Below are positions 36,551-45,999 of a stretch of 64,000 bases of DNA, piece by piece. A program made the translations under genes and the position numbers. The notes under the pieces are model-generated. The model was given only the letters and a program-made list of their open reading frames with translations, searched no databases and was not told the origin of the DNA. The DNA comes from an uncultured Synergistaceae bacterium (GTDB lineage: Bacteria > Synergistota > Synergistia > Synergistales > Dethiosulfovibrionaceae): positions 272 to 64,271 of the forward strand of contig CAZUQW010000009.1 in NCBI GenBank assembly GCA_964622575.1. The letters are read 5' to 3'. How positions within the stretch are numbered: position 1 is the first letter of the stretch; each line of letters begins with the position of its first letter.

Positions 36551-37501
36551 ATGGTATTTTTCGAAAAAACGAAAAAACACGTGCGCGCTCTTGCGCGGCT
36601 TTTCAAAAAATCGGAAAAACTCTGCATCATAGCGGCCATGCTGTTAGCTGGCGCCGCAAGCGCCGATGCCGCCCGCATGAGACTGCGCGTTCCCGAAAAG
36701 TGCCCGGTGGGACAACCCTTTGTCCTGGAAATGTACGTCAACGAGGATATCGACGACGTCGAGGTGAAGTGGCTGAAGCAGGTCATCAGTCTGACGCCGC
36801 GGAAAAACATGGTGCGCACCGTTTTGGGCGTCTCCAACGATCGGAAGTTGGCGGGAGAGACCTTTCCGCTGTCGGTGTCGTTTAACTGCGGGGCAAAGGG
36901 GCGCGTTCTCGCCGAACGGAAAATAAAAGCCGTAAATTACGATTATCCTCGGCAGGTGCTGAAAGTGGCGCCTGCGATGGTGCGCCCACCGAAAAAGCAG
37001 CTCCCTCGCATTGCCGCCGAAAGCAAAGCTGTAAAGGAAGCGCTGTCGCGGCGCAGCGCAGGCGAGCCCCTCCCTCGGACCTTCGTTCGCCCTGTACGCG
37101 GTATTCCTACGGCCCTTTTCGGAGGATTCCGTGAGTATAACGGCGTTCCCGGTACCGGACACAAAGGTCTGGATCTGCGCGCCGCCGTCGGGACAAAGGT
37201 CAAAGCCATTGCCGACGGCACCGTAGTGCTCACGGGAAAGCACTATTTTGCCGGAGGCTCAGTTTACGTTGATCACGGTTCGGGCGTGTACAGCGCTTAC
37301 TTTCACCTGTCGAAGATCCTCGTGAAAGACGGACAGAACGTTAAAGCCGGAGATCTGCTGGCCCTGACTGGAGCCACCGGCCGAGTGACGGGGCCGCACC
37401 TCCATCTGGGAATTTGCTCCGGCGGCACGTGGCTCGATCCGCTGCCGTTGCTGGAACCCTCGCGGCGTCCCAAAAACGTTGAAACGCTTTACGAGTTTTA
37501 A
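36551..37501 (+). CDS. M23-family metallopeptidase
   Basis: HKGLD, YFHL, GPHLH; N-terminal signal/anchor. Confidence 0.9.
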   Translation: MVFFEKTKKHVRALARLFKKSEKLCIIAAMLLAGAASADAARMRLRVPEKCPVGQPFVLEMYVNEDIDDVEVKWLKQVISLTPRKNMVRTVLGVSNDRKLAGETFPLSVSFNCGAKGRVLAERKIKAVNYDYPRQVLKVAPAMVRPPKKQLPRIAAESKAVKEALSRRSAGEPLPRTFVRPVRGIPTALFGGFREYNGVPGTGHKGLDLRAAVGTKVKAIADGTVVLTGKHYFAGGSVYVDHGSGVYSAYFHLSKILVKDGQNVKAGDLLALTGATGRVTGPHLHLGICSGGTWLDPLPLLEPSRRPKNVETLYEF

Positions 37502-37525
37502 TCATCGAATATCCCTCACAGGAGC

Positions 37526-37795
37526 GTGAAAGCCATGAAGAAAATCACCATGTTTATGTTCGAAGCCTGTCCTCACTGCAAGCTTGCCCGTAAGTGCATC
37601 GAAGAGCTTAAAAAAGACCATCCCGAGTACGCTTCGATTCCCTTCGAGATGATCGACGAGCGCAAACACCCCGAAGTGGCCGAGAAATACGATTACTATT
37701 ACGTGCCCACCTTTTTCGTTGACGGCGTCAAAGTTCACGAAGGCCATGCCGAAAAAGACGACGTGGAGAAAGTGTTCAAAGCGGCGCTCAAGTAA
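37526..37795 (+). CDS. Glutaredoxin/thioredoxin-like protein
   Basis: CPHC, YYVPTFFVDG. Confidence 0.85.
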   Translation: MKAMKKITMFMFEACPHCKLARKCIEELKKDHPEYASIPFEMIDERKHPEVAEKYDYYYVPTFFVDGVKVHEGHAEKDDVEKVFKAALK

Positions 37796-37800
37796 AAATG

Positions 37801-37836
37801 CGAGGCTCTGTCTTTCCGCGGAGAGACGGAGCCTCG
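37801..37836 (+). terminator. Terminator hairpin
   Basis: cgaggctctgtct...agacggagcctcg then tattttt. Confidence 0.65.
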
Positions 37837-38028
37837 TATTTTTGTTGGCGGAGCCGTTTCAGATATGGCGCCCCTTGAATTTAAAGCGCCTCTGCTGCGA
37901 GATGGTGAGCTTATTCCTTGCGCCCATTGCCTGCCTGAAAAGATACAGATATAATAAACCATGCAGCAAGAAAGACTCGACAGCCCGAAAGTACAATCTT
38001 CCCGATTAAGAGACCCAGGAGGTGCTTC

Positions 38029-39489
38029 ATGCGCAAAAAAATAATTATCGCTTTGGCGCTGACAGCCGTTCTGACAGCGCTGGCGGGAAGTGGTGCAGCT
38101 CAAAAACAAAAGGAGCTTCCGCTGCTCACCGTCGAAAAAGCTTTGCAGCTGGCATACAAAAACAACCCTTCTTTGAGCGCCGCCGAATTCAGAGTCGAAC
38201 AGGCAAAGCAGCAGATCCGTCAGGCCCGTGCCGACAAACTGCCCCACCTCTATGCCGAACTGGCGGGAGCGTGGCAGGGAGAAGAAGGCCATATACCTGT
38301 TTATCAACTAACGCCTTCTCAATCCCTGTCTAGCGTTCCCTTCGCATTGGCTGCCAATTCCTTCAAAGACGCCTACCGCGCGGCGTTGGGCGTCCAGTGG
38401 CTGGTTTTCAGCGGCGGCGCCGTTGAAAACGTCATTGCCGCCCGCGAGCTGACCTGGCGCGGCATCAAAGCCCAGGAAGTCCGCACGGGACAGGCCGTGG
38501 AAAACAGCGTGCGCGTGTGCTATTACGACCTCCAGCGCGCCCGCGCGCAGCTGACCGTTGCCGAAGAGGTGCGGACCCTTTCGAAGGAGCATCTCTCGCA
38601 GGTGGAGTACTTTTTCAAGTACGGCGTCGTCGCCCAGGACGAAGTGCTGCGCCTTCAGGTCGAAGTGTCGAACAGCGAACTGAACGTCATCTCGGCGCGC
38701 AACGCCGTAGACGTCCGCTGGCGCGCGCTGGAACGCGCCGTCGGTCTCACGCTTCACGACCGTTTCGTCATGCCGCATCCCGAAATGAAAGTTGCCGACC
38801 ACCCCGTTCCCCACTGGGACGAAAACAGCCTTTACGACTGGCGCCCCGAGCTTCGCGCCCTGGACTTCATGAGAGAAGCCGCCGATGCCGCCTCCCGCGC
38901 TTCGCGCGCCGCCAACAACCCCAAAGTGATCCTGTCCGGCGAAGGCTTTAACATGGGGCGGGATTTCTGGCCCCACGATCTGGACACCTGGAAAGTTTCA
39001 GCCGGGCTGAGATGGGATTTTTACGACGGAGGCAAATCCATTGCCCAGTCCAAAGAATATCGCGCCCAAGCCAAAGAATTGCTTGCCAAGATGGAAGACC
39101 TGAAAAAACAGATCGCCCTGGAAGTTTCGTCGGCGCAACTCAATTACCAGTCCTCCCGACAGCGAATCGACGTGGCTGCGCGTCAGGTCGTCAGCGCTCA
39201 GGAGGATTACCGCATGGCGCTCATGCGCTATAAAGCCAGCGTAGGCACCAACCTTGACGTGCTCGACGCGCGGACCGCTCTGACCAATGCCCGGACCCAG
39301 CTGGTCAACGCCGTTTACGATACCGAGAGCAGCCGCGCCAATCTCGATTACGCGCTGGGACTTTCCGATCAGTACATGCTGGAACCTTCAGCAACACGAA
39401 AGGGCGCTGAACCGCCGAAAGCCGCGGCAAAAACGGAGCCGCCCGCGCCGAAGCGCAAAACGCCTGAAAAGGGCGCCACAAAAAAATAG
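38029..39489 (+). CDS. TolC-family outer membrane efflux protein
   Basis: Signal peptide, ALQLAYKNNPSL, two OEP repeats, DVLDART; promoter TTGCCT-17-TATAAT at 37927-37955. Confidence 0.88.
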   Translation: MRKKIIIALALTAVLTALAGSGAAQKQKELPLLTVEKALQLAYKNNPSLSAAEFRVEQAKQQIRQARADKLPHLYAELAGAWQGEEGHIPVYQLTPSQSLSSVPFALAANSFKDAYRAALGVQWLVFSGGAVENVIAARELTWRGIKAQEVRTGQAVENSVRVCYYDLQRARAQLTVAEEVRTLSKEHLSQVEYFFKYGVVAQDEVLRLQVEVSNSELNVISARNAVDVRWRALERAVGLTLHDRFVMPHPEMKVADHPVPHWDENSLYDWRPELRALDFMREAADAASRASRAANNPKVILSGEGFNMGRDFWPHDLDTWKVSAGLRWDFYDGGKSIAQSKEYRAQAKELLAKMEDLKKQIALEVSSAQLNYQSSRQRIDVAARQVVSAQEDYRMALMRYKASVGTNLDVLDARTALTNARTQLVNAVYDTESSRANLDYALGLSDQYMLEPSATRKGAEPPKAAAKTEPPAPKRKTPEKGATKK

Positions 39490-39634
39490 AAGCGTCTGCC
39501 GGCGAAGTTTCGAAAGATATTCGCCGGCATTTTCGTCCTGAATAAAGAAGCTTTCCGATCATGGAACAGCCACTTCAGAGGGTTGTTTTTTGACGACGTG
39601 AAAAAAGAATTTTCATCAAAAACGCAATTTGGCG

Positions 39635-39662
39635 TTGACAAGCAGGAAAAATCCTTTATAAT
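39635..39662 (+). promoter_or_regulatory. tRNA operon promoter
   Basis: TTGACA-16-TATAAT just upstream of the first tRNA. Confidence 0.8.
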
Positions 39663-39675
39663 ATCTTCCTGTCAG

Positions 39676-39751
39676 GCCGGCGTAGCTCAGTTGGTAGAGC
39701 AGCTGACTTGTAATCAGCAGGTCATCAGTCCGAATCTGATCGCCGGCTCCA
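39676..39751 (+). tRNA. tRNA-Thr(TGT)
   Basis: 76 nt cloverleaf, acceptor GCCGGCG/CGCCGGC, anticodon loop CTTGTAA, encoded CCA; T-loop TCCGAAT. Confidence 0.96.
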
Positions 39752-39778
39752 TTACATAAACGCCCCTGCGCCCTATAA

Positions 39779-39864
39779 GGTAGTGTGGCCGAGTGGTCAA
39801 TGGCATCAGACTGTAAATCTGACGGCGAGAGCCTACGGTGGTTCAAATCCACCCGCTACCACCA
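39779..39864 (+). tRNA. tRNA-Tyr(GTA)
   Basis: 86 nt, long variable arm, anticodon loop CTGTAAA, TTCAAAT T-loop, CCA. Confidence 0.96.
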
Positions 39865-39871
39865 TTTTGAA

Positions 39872-39947
39872 GCCGACTTAGCTCAGTAGGTAGAGCACCT
39901 CCATGGTAAGGAGGGGGTCCCCAGTCCGAATCTGGGAGTCGGCTCCA
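39872..39947 (+). tRNA. tRNA-Thr(GGT)
   Basis: 76 nt, GCCGACT/AGTCGGC acceptor, anticodon loop ATGGTAA, CCA; T-loop TCCGAAT. Confidence 0.95.
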
Positions 39948-39996
39948 TTTTTTTTATCCTTTTGCCGATGGCAATCAAAAATTTTTCAGTGAATAC

Positions 39997-40037
39997 AACA
40001 GTACGGAGACGTTGCAGCGCAACGTCTCCGTACTGTT
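39997..40037. terminator. Perfect 19-bp hairpin after the tRNA operon
   Basis: aacagtacggagacgttgc-agc-gcaacgtctccgtactgtt. Confidence 0.75.
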
Positions 40038-40207
40038 TATATTTTGTGAAAGTTCTTGAACGTCATTGATTGTTATTATGCTCAATCGGCGGCTTGAAAA
40101 CGCCTTTTCGCGGCGAATTGCCGACGAAATTGGCCACTTGAACGGAGGCGTTGGAGGCGTTGAAAATGCTTGCCCGGATCAGGGGAAAGAGGAAGGCCGA
40201 CGCCACT

Positions 40208-40394
40208 CCGCTGACCACGGAGACCGTCGACCAAGCCAAGCCCGAAACCAAGGCTTATATTTTTGCCGATACTCGAAATGGCCTTTATCTGCGCGGATAC
40301 CTTTCACGACTCAAGACCGGGTGACCCTATGTGAATAGACGATATGGAGGCCCGCCGGATGATCGGCAAGTATCGCAGCGTGTCGCTGATCGAT
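40208..40394 (+). pseudogene. Relic of a P4-type tyrosine integrase (N-terminal arm-binding domain)
   Basis: PLTTETVDQAKPETKAYIFADTRNGLYLR, then stop, then shifted frame RRMIGKYRSVSL; matches the PLT...AKP..K.Y...D..GLYL / G.YP.VSL pattern; ~260 bp after tRNA-Thr. Confidence 0.7.
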
Positions 40395-40577
40395 CTCCAA
40401 TTCACACCAGAGCAGATTTTTTCTCAATGCATAACAGATTGCTTGACAAACAATAATAAAATATATTATTTCACTTTATTCTATGTTGATTGATAATCAA
40501 TGTTGTGCTACAATTAAAAAAACGATGAAAATCGTTAAAAACGTCGGAGAATCTATCTCCAGGAGGTGGCTTTTACG

Positions 40578-42275
40578 ATGAAAATGAGACGTGGAGCGGG
40601 TGTCATTTTATTGGCAGTTTGTGCTGTCGTCGCTTTTTCAACAGCGGTGCTGGCGGCGCCTCCAAATGAACTGTTGCACAGCAGCGGAGGCGGCATGGTG
40701 GTGACGACGCAGCCTCTGGCGGACAAAATAGGACAAGATGTCCTCGCCCAAGGCGGCAACGCCGTCGACGCGGCCGCGGCGGTGGCTTACGCGCTCGCTG
40801 TGTGCCATCCGTCGGCAGGCAATATCGGAGGCGGCGGTTTTGCCATCATCCACATGGCCGACGGTACCGACACGGCGCTGGATTTCCGTGAAATGGCACC
40901 CGGTCGGGCGACTCGCGACATGTATCTGGACGCGAAGGGCAACGTGATCCCGATGGCCAGCACTCGCACGTATCTGGCTGTCGGCGTGCCGGGCACTGTT
41001 GCAGGCGTCAGTGCGATGTTGGACCGTTACGGGACGTGGAAACTCGACCGCGTCATCGCTCCGTCCATCGAATTGGCGGAGAAGGGGTTCGTCATCACGA
41101 ACAACCATGCCGAGAGCATGAAGAGCGAACGTGACAAGCTCAAGAAATTCGCCACGGGACGCCGTTACTTCCTGCACAAAAACGGCACTCCTTATAAAGA
41201 AGGCGAGCTCTTCCGCCAGAAAGACCTGGCAAAAACGCTGCGTCGTATCGCCCAAAACGGCCCGCGCGAATTCTACGAAGGCAAGACGGCCGAGCTGATT
41301 GCCGCCGATATGAAGCGCAACGGCGGTCTCATCACCAAAGATGATCTTGCCCGCTATCGCCCCATCTGGCGCGAGCCGAGCGTTGCCGACTACCGTGGCT
41401 ACAAGATCGTTTCCATGCCTCCGCCTTCCAGTGGCGGCATTATCGTTGCCGAGATTCTCAACATCATGGAAAACGCCGACATTGCCAAGATGGGATTCAA
41501 CACTCCCGCAACGCTGCATCTCATGGCCGAAGCCATGCGTCGCGCCTACGCCGATCGCAGCGAGTATCTTGGCGACCCCGAATTCGTGAAGATCCCCGGA
41601 GAACTGACGAGCAAAGAATATGCTCGTCGTCTGTTTAAGCAAATCGAGTCCGGAGCGACCCCCAGCGACAAAGTCCGTCCTGGTCTCGGAGCCTTGCACG
41701 AGGGCACCAACACCACGCATTACTCGGTAGTGGACAGCGCAGGCAACGCCGTCTCCGTGACCTATACCATCAACGAGTCCTACGGTACAGGCGCGGCAGT
41801 GAAAGGCGCAGGATTCCTGCTGAACAACGAAATGGACGATTTCTCCGTCAAACCCGGCGTTCCCAACGTGTACGGTCTGGTCGGCGGAGACGCCAACGCC
41901 GTTGAGCCCTACAAGCGGCCTCTGAGTTCCATGAGTCCCTCCATCGTTTCCAAGGACGGACGGATCTTCATGGTTCTCGGCAGCCCCGGTGGTGCTCGCA
42001 TTATCACCACAGTGCTGCAGGTGATTTCCAACGTGATCGACCATAAGATGCCCATCAACGAAGCCGTCAGCGCTCCTCGAGTCCATATGCAGTGGCTGCC
42101 CGACGAACTGCGCGTGGAACCGCAGAACGGACTCAGCAGCGAAGCCGTTGAGAGCTTGATCTCCATGGGCTACACGTTGCCGCTCAAACCCTATATGGGC
42201 GACGTCAACGCCATTCTGATCGATCCCAAGACCGGAGCGATGACGGGAAGCCACGATTCGCGCCACGAGTTTTAA
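40578..42275 (+). CDS. ggt: Gamma-glutamyltranspeptidase (secreted)
   Basis: GGNAVDAA, DFREMAP, TTHYSVVD (catalytic Thr), LNNEMDDF, RPLSSMSP, GSPGG; signal peptide. Confidence 0.95.
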   Translation: MKMRRGAGVILLAVCAVVAFSTAVLAAPPNELLHSSGGGMVVTTQPLADKIGQDVLAQGGNAVDAAAAVAYALAVCHPSAGNIGGGGFAIIHMADGTDTALDFREMAPGRATRDMYLDAKGNVIPMASTRTYLAVGVPGTVAGVSAMLDRYGTWKLDRVIAPSIELAEKGFVITNNHAESMKSERDKLKKFATGRRYFLHKNGTPYKEGELFRQKDLAKTLRRIAQNGPREFYEGKTAELIAADMKRNGGLITKDDLARYRPIWREPSVADYRGYKIVSMPPPSSGGIIVAEILNIMENADIAKMGFNTPATLHLMAEAMRRAYADRSEYLGDPEFVKIPGELTSKEYARRLFKQIESGATPSDKVRPGLGALHEGTNTTHYSVVDSAGNAVSVTYTINESYGTGAAVKGAGFLLNNEMDDFSVKPGVPNVYGLVGGDANAVEPYKRPLSSMSPSIVSKDGRIFMVLGSPGGARIITTVLQVISNVIDHKMPINEAVSAPRVHMQWLPDELRVEPQNGLSSEAVESLISMGYTLPLKPYMGDVNAILIDPKTGAMTGSHDSRHEF

Positions 42276-42337
42276 TTGATCCGGCTGTGAGGCCTTTAAA
42301 ATCTGTGTCGGTAGAAATCAAGAAGTCGTCTCAAAGT

Positions 42338-42381
42338 CGATGTGCCCTCCTTTCCGAAATTTCGGAAGGGAGGGCACATCG
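42338..42381. terminator. Terminator hairpin after ggt
   Basis: cgatgtgccctcctttccgaa...ttcggaagggagggcacatcg then tttt. Confidence 0.75.
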
Positions 42382-42716
42382 TTTTGCGGCGGCTTTATTG
42401 ATCACATTTTCAAGCATTTGCGTTGCTTGTGGAATGGCGCCTATTCCCGACTCAAACGGCGGATAGCCTTTGCCTTCCGATGAAGTGCAGCTGCCAGGTT
42501 CACTTCTCAATGATAGTTTCAATGGATTGATTCTGTTCGTTTGGGAACGGTTTGACGCTGTGTGCTTGAATTGCCAATCAGCACGATGGCCTCGAAATTC
42601 ATGGAGAAGGCCTGTTTTCATGACCTCGACAGGCAAATCGCGCACAACTTCAAATTTATCCGCTAAATATGTATTTTAGTCTTATAAGATTACTGACAAT
42701 CCAAATATAGTTGAAC

Positions 42717-42744
42717 TTGACATAATATTCATTCATTATATAAT
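42717..42744 (+). promoter_or_regulatory. sigma70 promoter of the DUF819-epimerase operon
   Basis: TTGACA-16-TATAAT in AT-rich intergenic DNA. Confidence 0.7.
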
Positions 42745-42921
42745 AAAAAAAATTGTATTCTTTTATTCACTGCTGCACGTTGCGTAGAGGTAAAAGGATA
42801 TTTTAGTAAGAAAAATTTCTATGGAAAGGAGCATTAGGGAGAAGGTGAGGCCTTTTCTTGCTGGGTGTCCAGGAAAAATCGGGCATATCAAAAAAACGCT
42901 TGAGAAAGGTTGGTGAGTTGT

Positions 42922-44124
42922 ATGGTGTCTTTGATTCAATCCAATGACACGATCTATATTTGGGCGGTGTTGTTGTGTGTTGTTCTGGTGGTAAATTGGC
43001 TCGATCAACGGTCGAAGGCAATCAATAAATTAGGGACAATTTTCCTATATGTTATCGCGGGACTTGTTTTGTCCAATTTGCACATTCTTCCCTTTTCATC
43101 TCCTGTTTATAAAACTCTCTCAGGAATTTTAGTGCCTCTTGCAATACCGATGCTGCTCTTCAGATCGAATCTGCGGAAGATTTATGAGGAAAGTGGAAAA
43201 GTCTTTATTGCTTTTAACCTTACCGCAATATCTTCTATAGTAGCTGCATTGATTTATGCACCGGTGCTTCGCAAATGGGGTATGCAAGAGGTCCCTGGTT
43301 TTGCTGCGATGTACGCAGCAGGTTCTATAGGAGGAACTGTCAATATCATCGCTATGGGAGGAACTTTTGAAGTCAGCGAAGAACTTGTGAGCGCTACGAC
43401 AATGCTTGGAAACTTTACCTTGGGTATTGTTCTCTTCGTATTGGCCTTTGCAGCAGGCTCACGGACCTATAGGCGCTATTTTAAGCATCCGCATATTGAT
43501 GAAAGGGAAGCTGCAATTCTTGCTGATCCAGAGGCTGCAAAAAAACCTTTTTCCGCTGTATTTTGGAAAGATAAAGGTATTTCTCTTCTTGACGTCCTCA
43601 AGACATTTACAACAGCGTTTGTTATTCTTGCTTTAAGCCGTCTGATTGCTAACTTTGTTGTTTCTTTGAAACCGCCTTTTGTGATTAAGCAGCTTTTCGG
43701 CAGTATATGGCTTGTTATGACAACACTATCTGTCTTGGGTGCGACATTCCTTCCTAAGTGGTTCTCTTCGCTGAAGTTCGGTGAGGAATTTGGTCTTATT
43801 CTTATGTCTCTGTGGTTTGTTAGCGTAGGCACTTCCGCAAACGTCTATAGACTTGGCCAATATGGAGCTTTTGTGCTGTTCGCATTTGTGGTTACGCTTA
43901 CATGTCATATGGTGTTGTCTTTCCTGCTCGGCAAAATCTTCCATCTCAATCTCGAAGATATTTGCTGTTCCATCGCAGCAAATATAGGCGGTCCTTCAAC
44001 AGCTGCTTCGCTGGCCATCAGTCAAGGATGGAGCAATCTTATAGCTCCGATTATTCTTTGCGCTCTTTATGGCTATATTATTGGCAACTATCTTGGCGTA
44101 TTTATTGGCAATGTCTTCATGTAA
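42922..44124 (+). CDS. DUF819-family membrane protein (putative transporter)
   Basis: About 11-12 TM segments, LVPLAIPMLLF, GSIGGTVN, ANIGGPSTA, GYIIGNYLG. Confidence 0.8.
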   Translation: MVSLIQSNDTIYIWAVLLCVVLVVNWLDQRSKAINKLGTIFLYVIAGLVLSNLHILPFSSPVYKTLSGILVPLAIPMLLFRSNLRKIYEESGKVFIAFNLTAISSIVAALIYAPVLRKWGMQEVPGFAAMYAAGSIGGTVNIIAMGGTFEVSEELVSATTMLGNFTLGIVLFVLAFAAGSRTYRRYFKHPHIDEREAAILADPEAAKKPFSAVFWKDKGISLLDVLKTFTTAFVILALSRLIANFVVSLKPPFVIKQLFGSIWLVMTTLSVLGATFLPKWFSSLKFGEEFGLILMSLWFVSVGTSANVYRLGQYGAFVLFAFVVTLTCHMVLSFLLGKIFHLNLEDICCSIAANIGGPSTAASLAISQGWSNLIAPIILCALYGYIIGNYLGVFIGNVFM

Positions 44125-44153
44125 AAATGTCTTCAGGGTGAGGAGACTAAGAT

Positions 44154-45272
44154 ATGAGTAAAATTAAAAACATTAAAGTCAAGGTAGTCGAAGTTCCTCT
44201 GAAACGTACGTGGCAAACTTCTCTCTACGCTACGACCACTCGTGCTCATTGCATTGTCAGAGTTGAAACTGAAGATGGCATTATTGGCTATGGCGAGGCA
44301 TCGCCAGCTGCTGCATTCATGGGTGAAACGGCTTACACTATGGAGGTCGTCATTACACGCTATTTTGCTCCTGTTCTTAGAGGCGAGAGTGTGCTTGATA
44401 TATCGAAGATCAATGACCTTATGGATCAAATTATTGCCGGCAATACTTCTGCAAAAGCAGCAGTGGATATTGCAATCCATGATGCGGCGGGGAAGGCCTT
44501 AAATGTTCCCGTTTATGATTTGCTGGGGGGGCGTCTGCGCGAAAACTTTGATCTTGTCTGGTCAATGGGGTTCAAGAAACCAGAAGAATCGCTGGAAGAA
44601 GCAAAAGAGTATATCAAAAAAGGCTTTAAGGTTATGAAAGTAAAAGTCGGTAAGGGCGTTGAGAAAGATGCCCGGCTCATCAAGCAACTCCGTGAACTTT
44701 TTGGTCCTGATATCCCTATTCGTCTTGACGCAAATCAAGGGTTTACTCCTGGCGATGCAATTGCATTGCTCCATCGTGTCGTGGATTCTAATCCTGAATG
44801 TTTTGAACAGCCTGTAGGAAAATGGAATTATGAGGGAATGAGGCATGTCCGTAATCATGCCTGCGGCATAAAAATCATGGCAGATGAATCTGTCTCTTCA
44901 CTGCATGATGTAATAAATATCATCAAAAATGGCTGTGCGGATCTCTTTAATATCAAGGTCGGTAAGGTCGGAGGGCTTTACCGGGCTTGCCAAATCGCAG
45001 CTGCTGTTGAAGCTGCAGGATATCAGGCAGCAGCAGGCAGCAATCTTGAACTTGGCATAGGCGAAGCAGCCAGTGCACATTTCATAACGAGTCAGAAGGC
45101 CGTATGTTTACCTTGCGATGCTCTCTGTGGCTCGGAATTGCATACTTGCAATATTATTACGAATCCTATGGTTATGACATCAGAAGGCAAATTTTCTTGT
45201 CCAGTTACGCCAGGACTTGGAGTAGAGGTAGACGAAGGAATTTTTAGTTCAAACGCTGTAACTTTTAGTTAG
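44154..45272 (+). CDS. Enolase-superfamily racemase/epimerase (L-Ala-D/L-Glu dipeptide epimerase-like)
   Basis: KVKVG, RLDANQG, EQP, ADES, NIKVGKVGG. Confidence 0.85.
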   Translation: MSKIKNIKVKVVEVPLKRTWQTSLYATTTRAHCIVRVETEDGIIGYGEASPAAAFMGETAYTMEVVITRYFAPVLRGESVLDISKINDLMDQIIAGNTSAKAAVDIAIHDAAGKALNVPVYDLLGGRLRENFDLVWSMGFKKPEESLEEAKEYIKKGFKVMKVKVGKGVEKDARLIKQLRELFGPDIPIRLDANQGFTPGDAIALLHRVVDSNPECFEQPVGKWNYEGMRHVRNHACGIKIMADESVSSLHDVINIIKNGCADLFNIKVGKVGGLYRACQIAAAVEAAGYQAAAGSNLELGIGEAASAHFITSQKAVCLPCDALCGSELHTCNIITNPMVMTSEGKFSCPVTPGLGVEVDEGIFSSNAVTFS

Positions 45273-45644
45273 TACTATTTATAACACGGAGGCGGTGTTG
45301 TTCTTTCTTGGCAATTGTAATTTTTTCAGTTTGGTCGTTGTGATATGAAGCCTATGTTATGGCTAAGATTTTGCACTGCCTTCGTAAGGTTAGAGCCCTT
45401 TTAAACTTTAATCCTCCTTCGCTAATATAAGGTTTATTTCAAAAACACCTTGTGTTTAGTAAGGAGGATTTTGTTTTATGTTGAAAGCTTTTCAAATAGA
45501 AAGGAAGACAAAAAGGAATCTGTTTTGCAGCTTCTACCAGAATGAAGTTGCAACACGCCTTTCCTGAAGAGAGAAAGCAAGCCATGTCCGAGGAAATTGT
45601 ACAGTTAGGATGAAGAAACCATTGAGAGAGACAAATTAAAAACT

Positions 45645-45816
45645 CATATGCAACGTCCTACAGCGTATATGCGAGTACGTCCTCAAGCATGAAGTGACTC
45701 AAGCAGCGAGGAAATATCAGACTAATTCGTCAGTTTGTCTATCGCCAATTGAAGAAGTAAGACCGAAGCACCAGGCACCTCGCCTTGAAGTCAAGAGAGC
45801 CAAAGGGCAGCTTCAT
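45645..45816 (+). mobile_element. IS481-family transposase relic (N-terminal fragment)
   Basis: DNA clearly homologous to 54860-55030 (gtgactcaagca.cgaggaaata.cagac, cagtttgtc.atcgccaattgaagaag); stops and frameshifts. Confidence 0.75.
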
Positions 45817-45999
45817 TGTTCACATAAGGGCATAGGGCAAATACCGTTATGAATGTGCCATGTTGTCTATAGTGATTGACGTCCTTTCGAGATGATTTTT
45901 GGCAAAACTATTCTAGCGGACTCAATTGTTTTTTCTATCCTCTTGGTCTCACATCTATTGCAAAGCTGCGATCAAAAAAACGTATGCAGGAGGCCTTTT

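Noticed and set aside
37526-37795. Selenoprotein or readthrough in the redoxin, given a selenium-type-looking LysR in the window
   Set aside because: Motif is plain CPHC and there is no in-frame TGA.
40483-40501. Fur/FNR-like palindrome attgataatcaat upstream of ggt
   Set aside because: Spacing does not fit FNR, the match to Fur is weak, and the AT-rich context makes chance likely.
22230-42266. Long antisense or alternative-frame ORFs (e.g. 22230-23702+, 26915-28297+, 32839-34299+, 40638-42266-)
   Set aside because: Shadow ORFs of real GC-rich genes with no motifs or RBS.
42331-42645. Minus-strand ORF containing GIGAIPQA, reminiscent of CoA-transferases
   Set aside because: Single short motif, no other support, and the ORF runs through a terminator.
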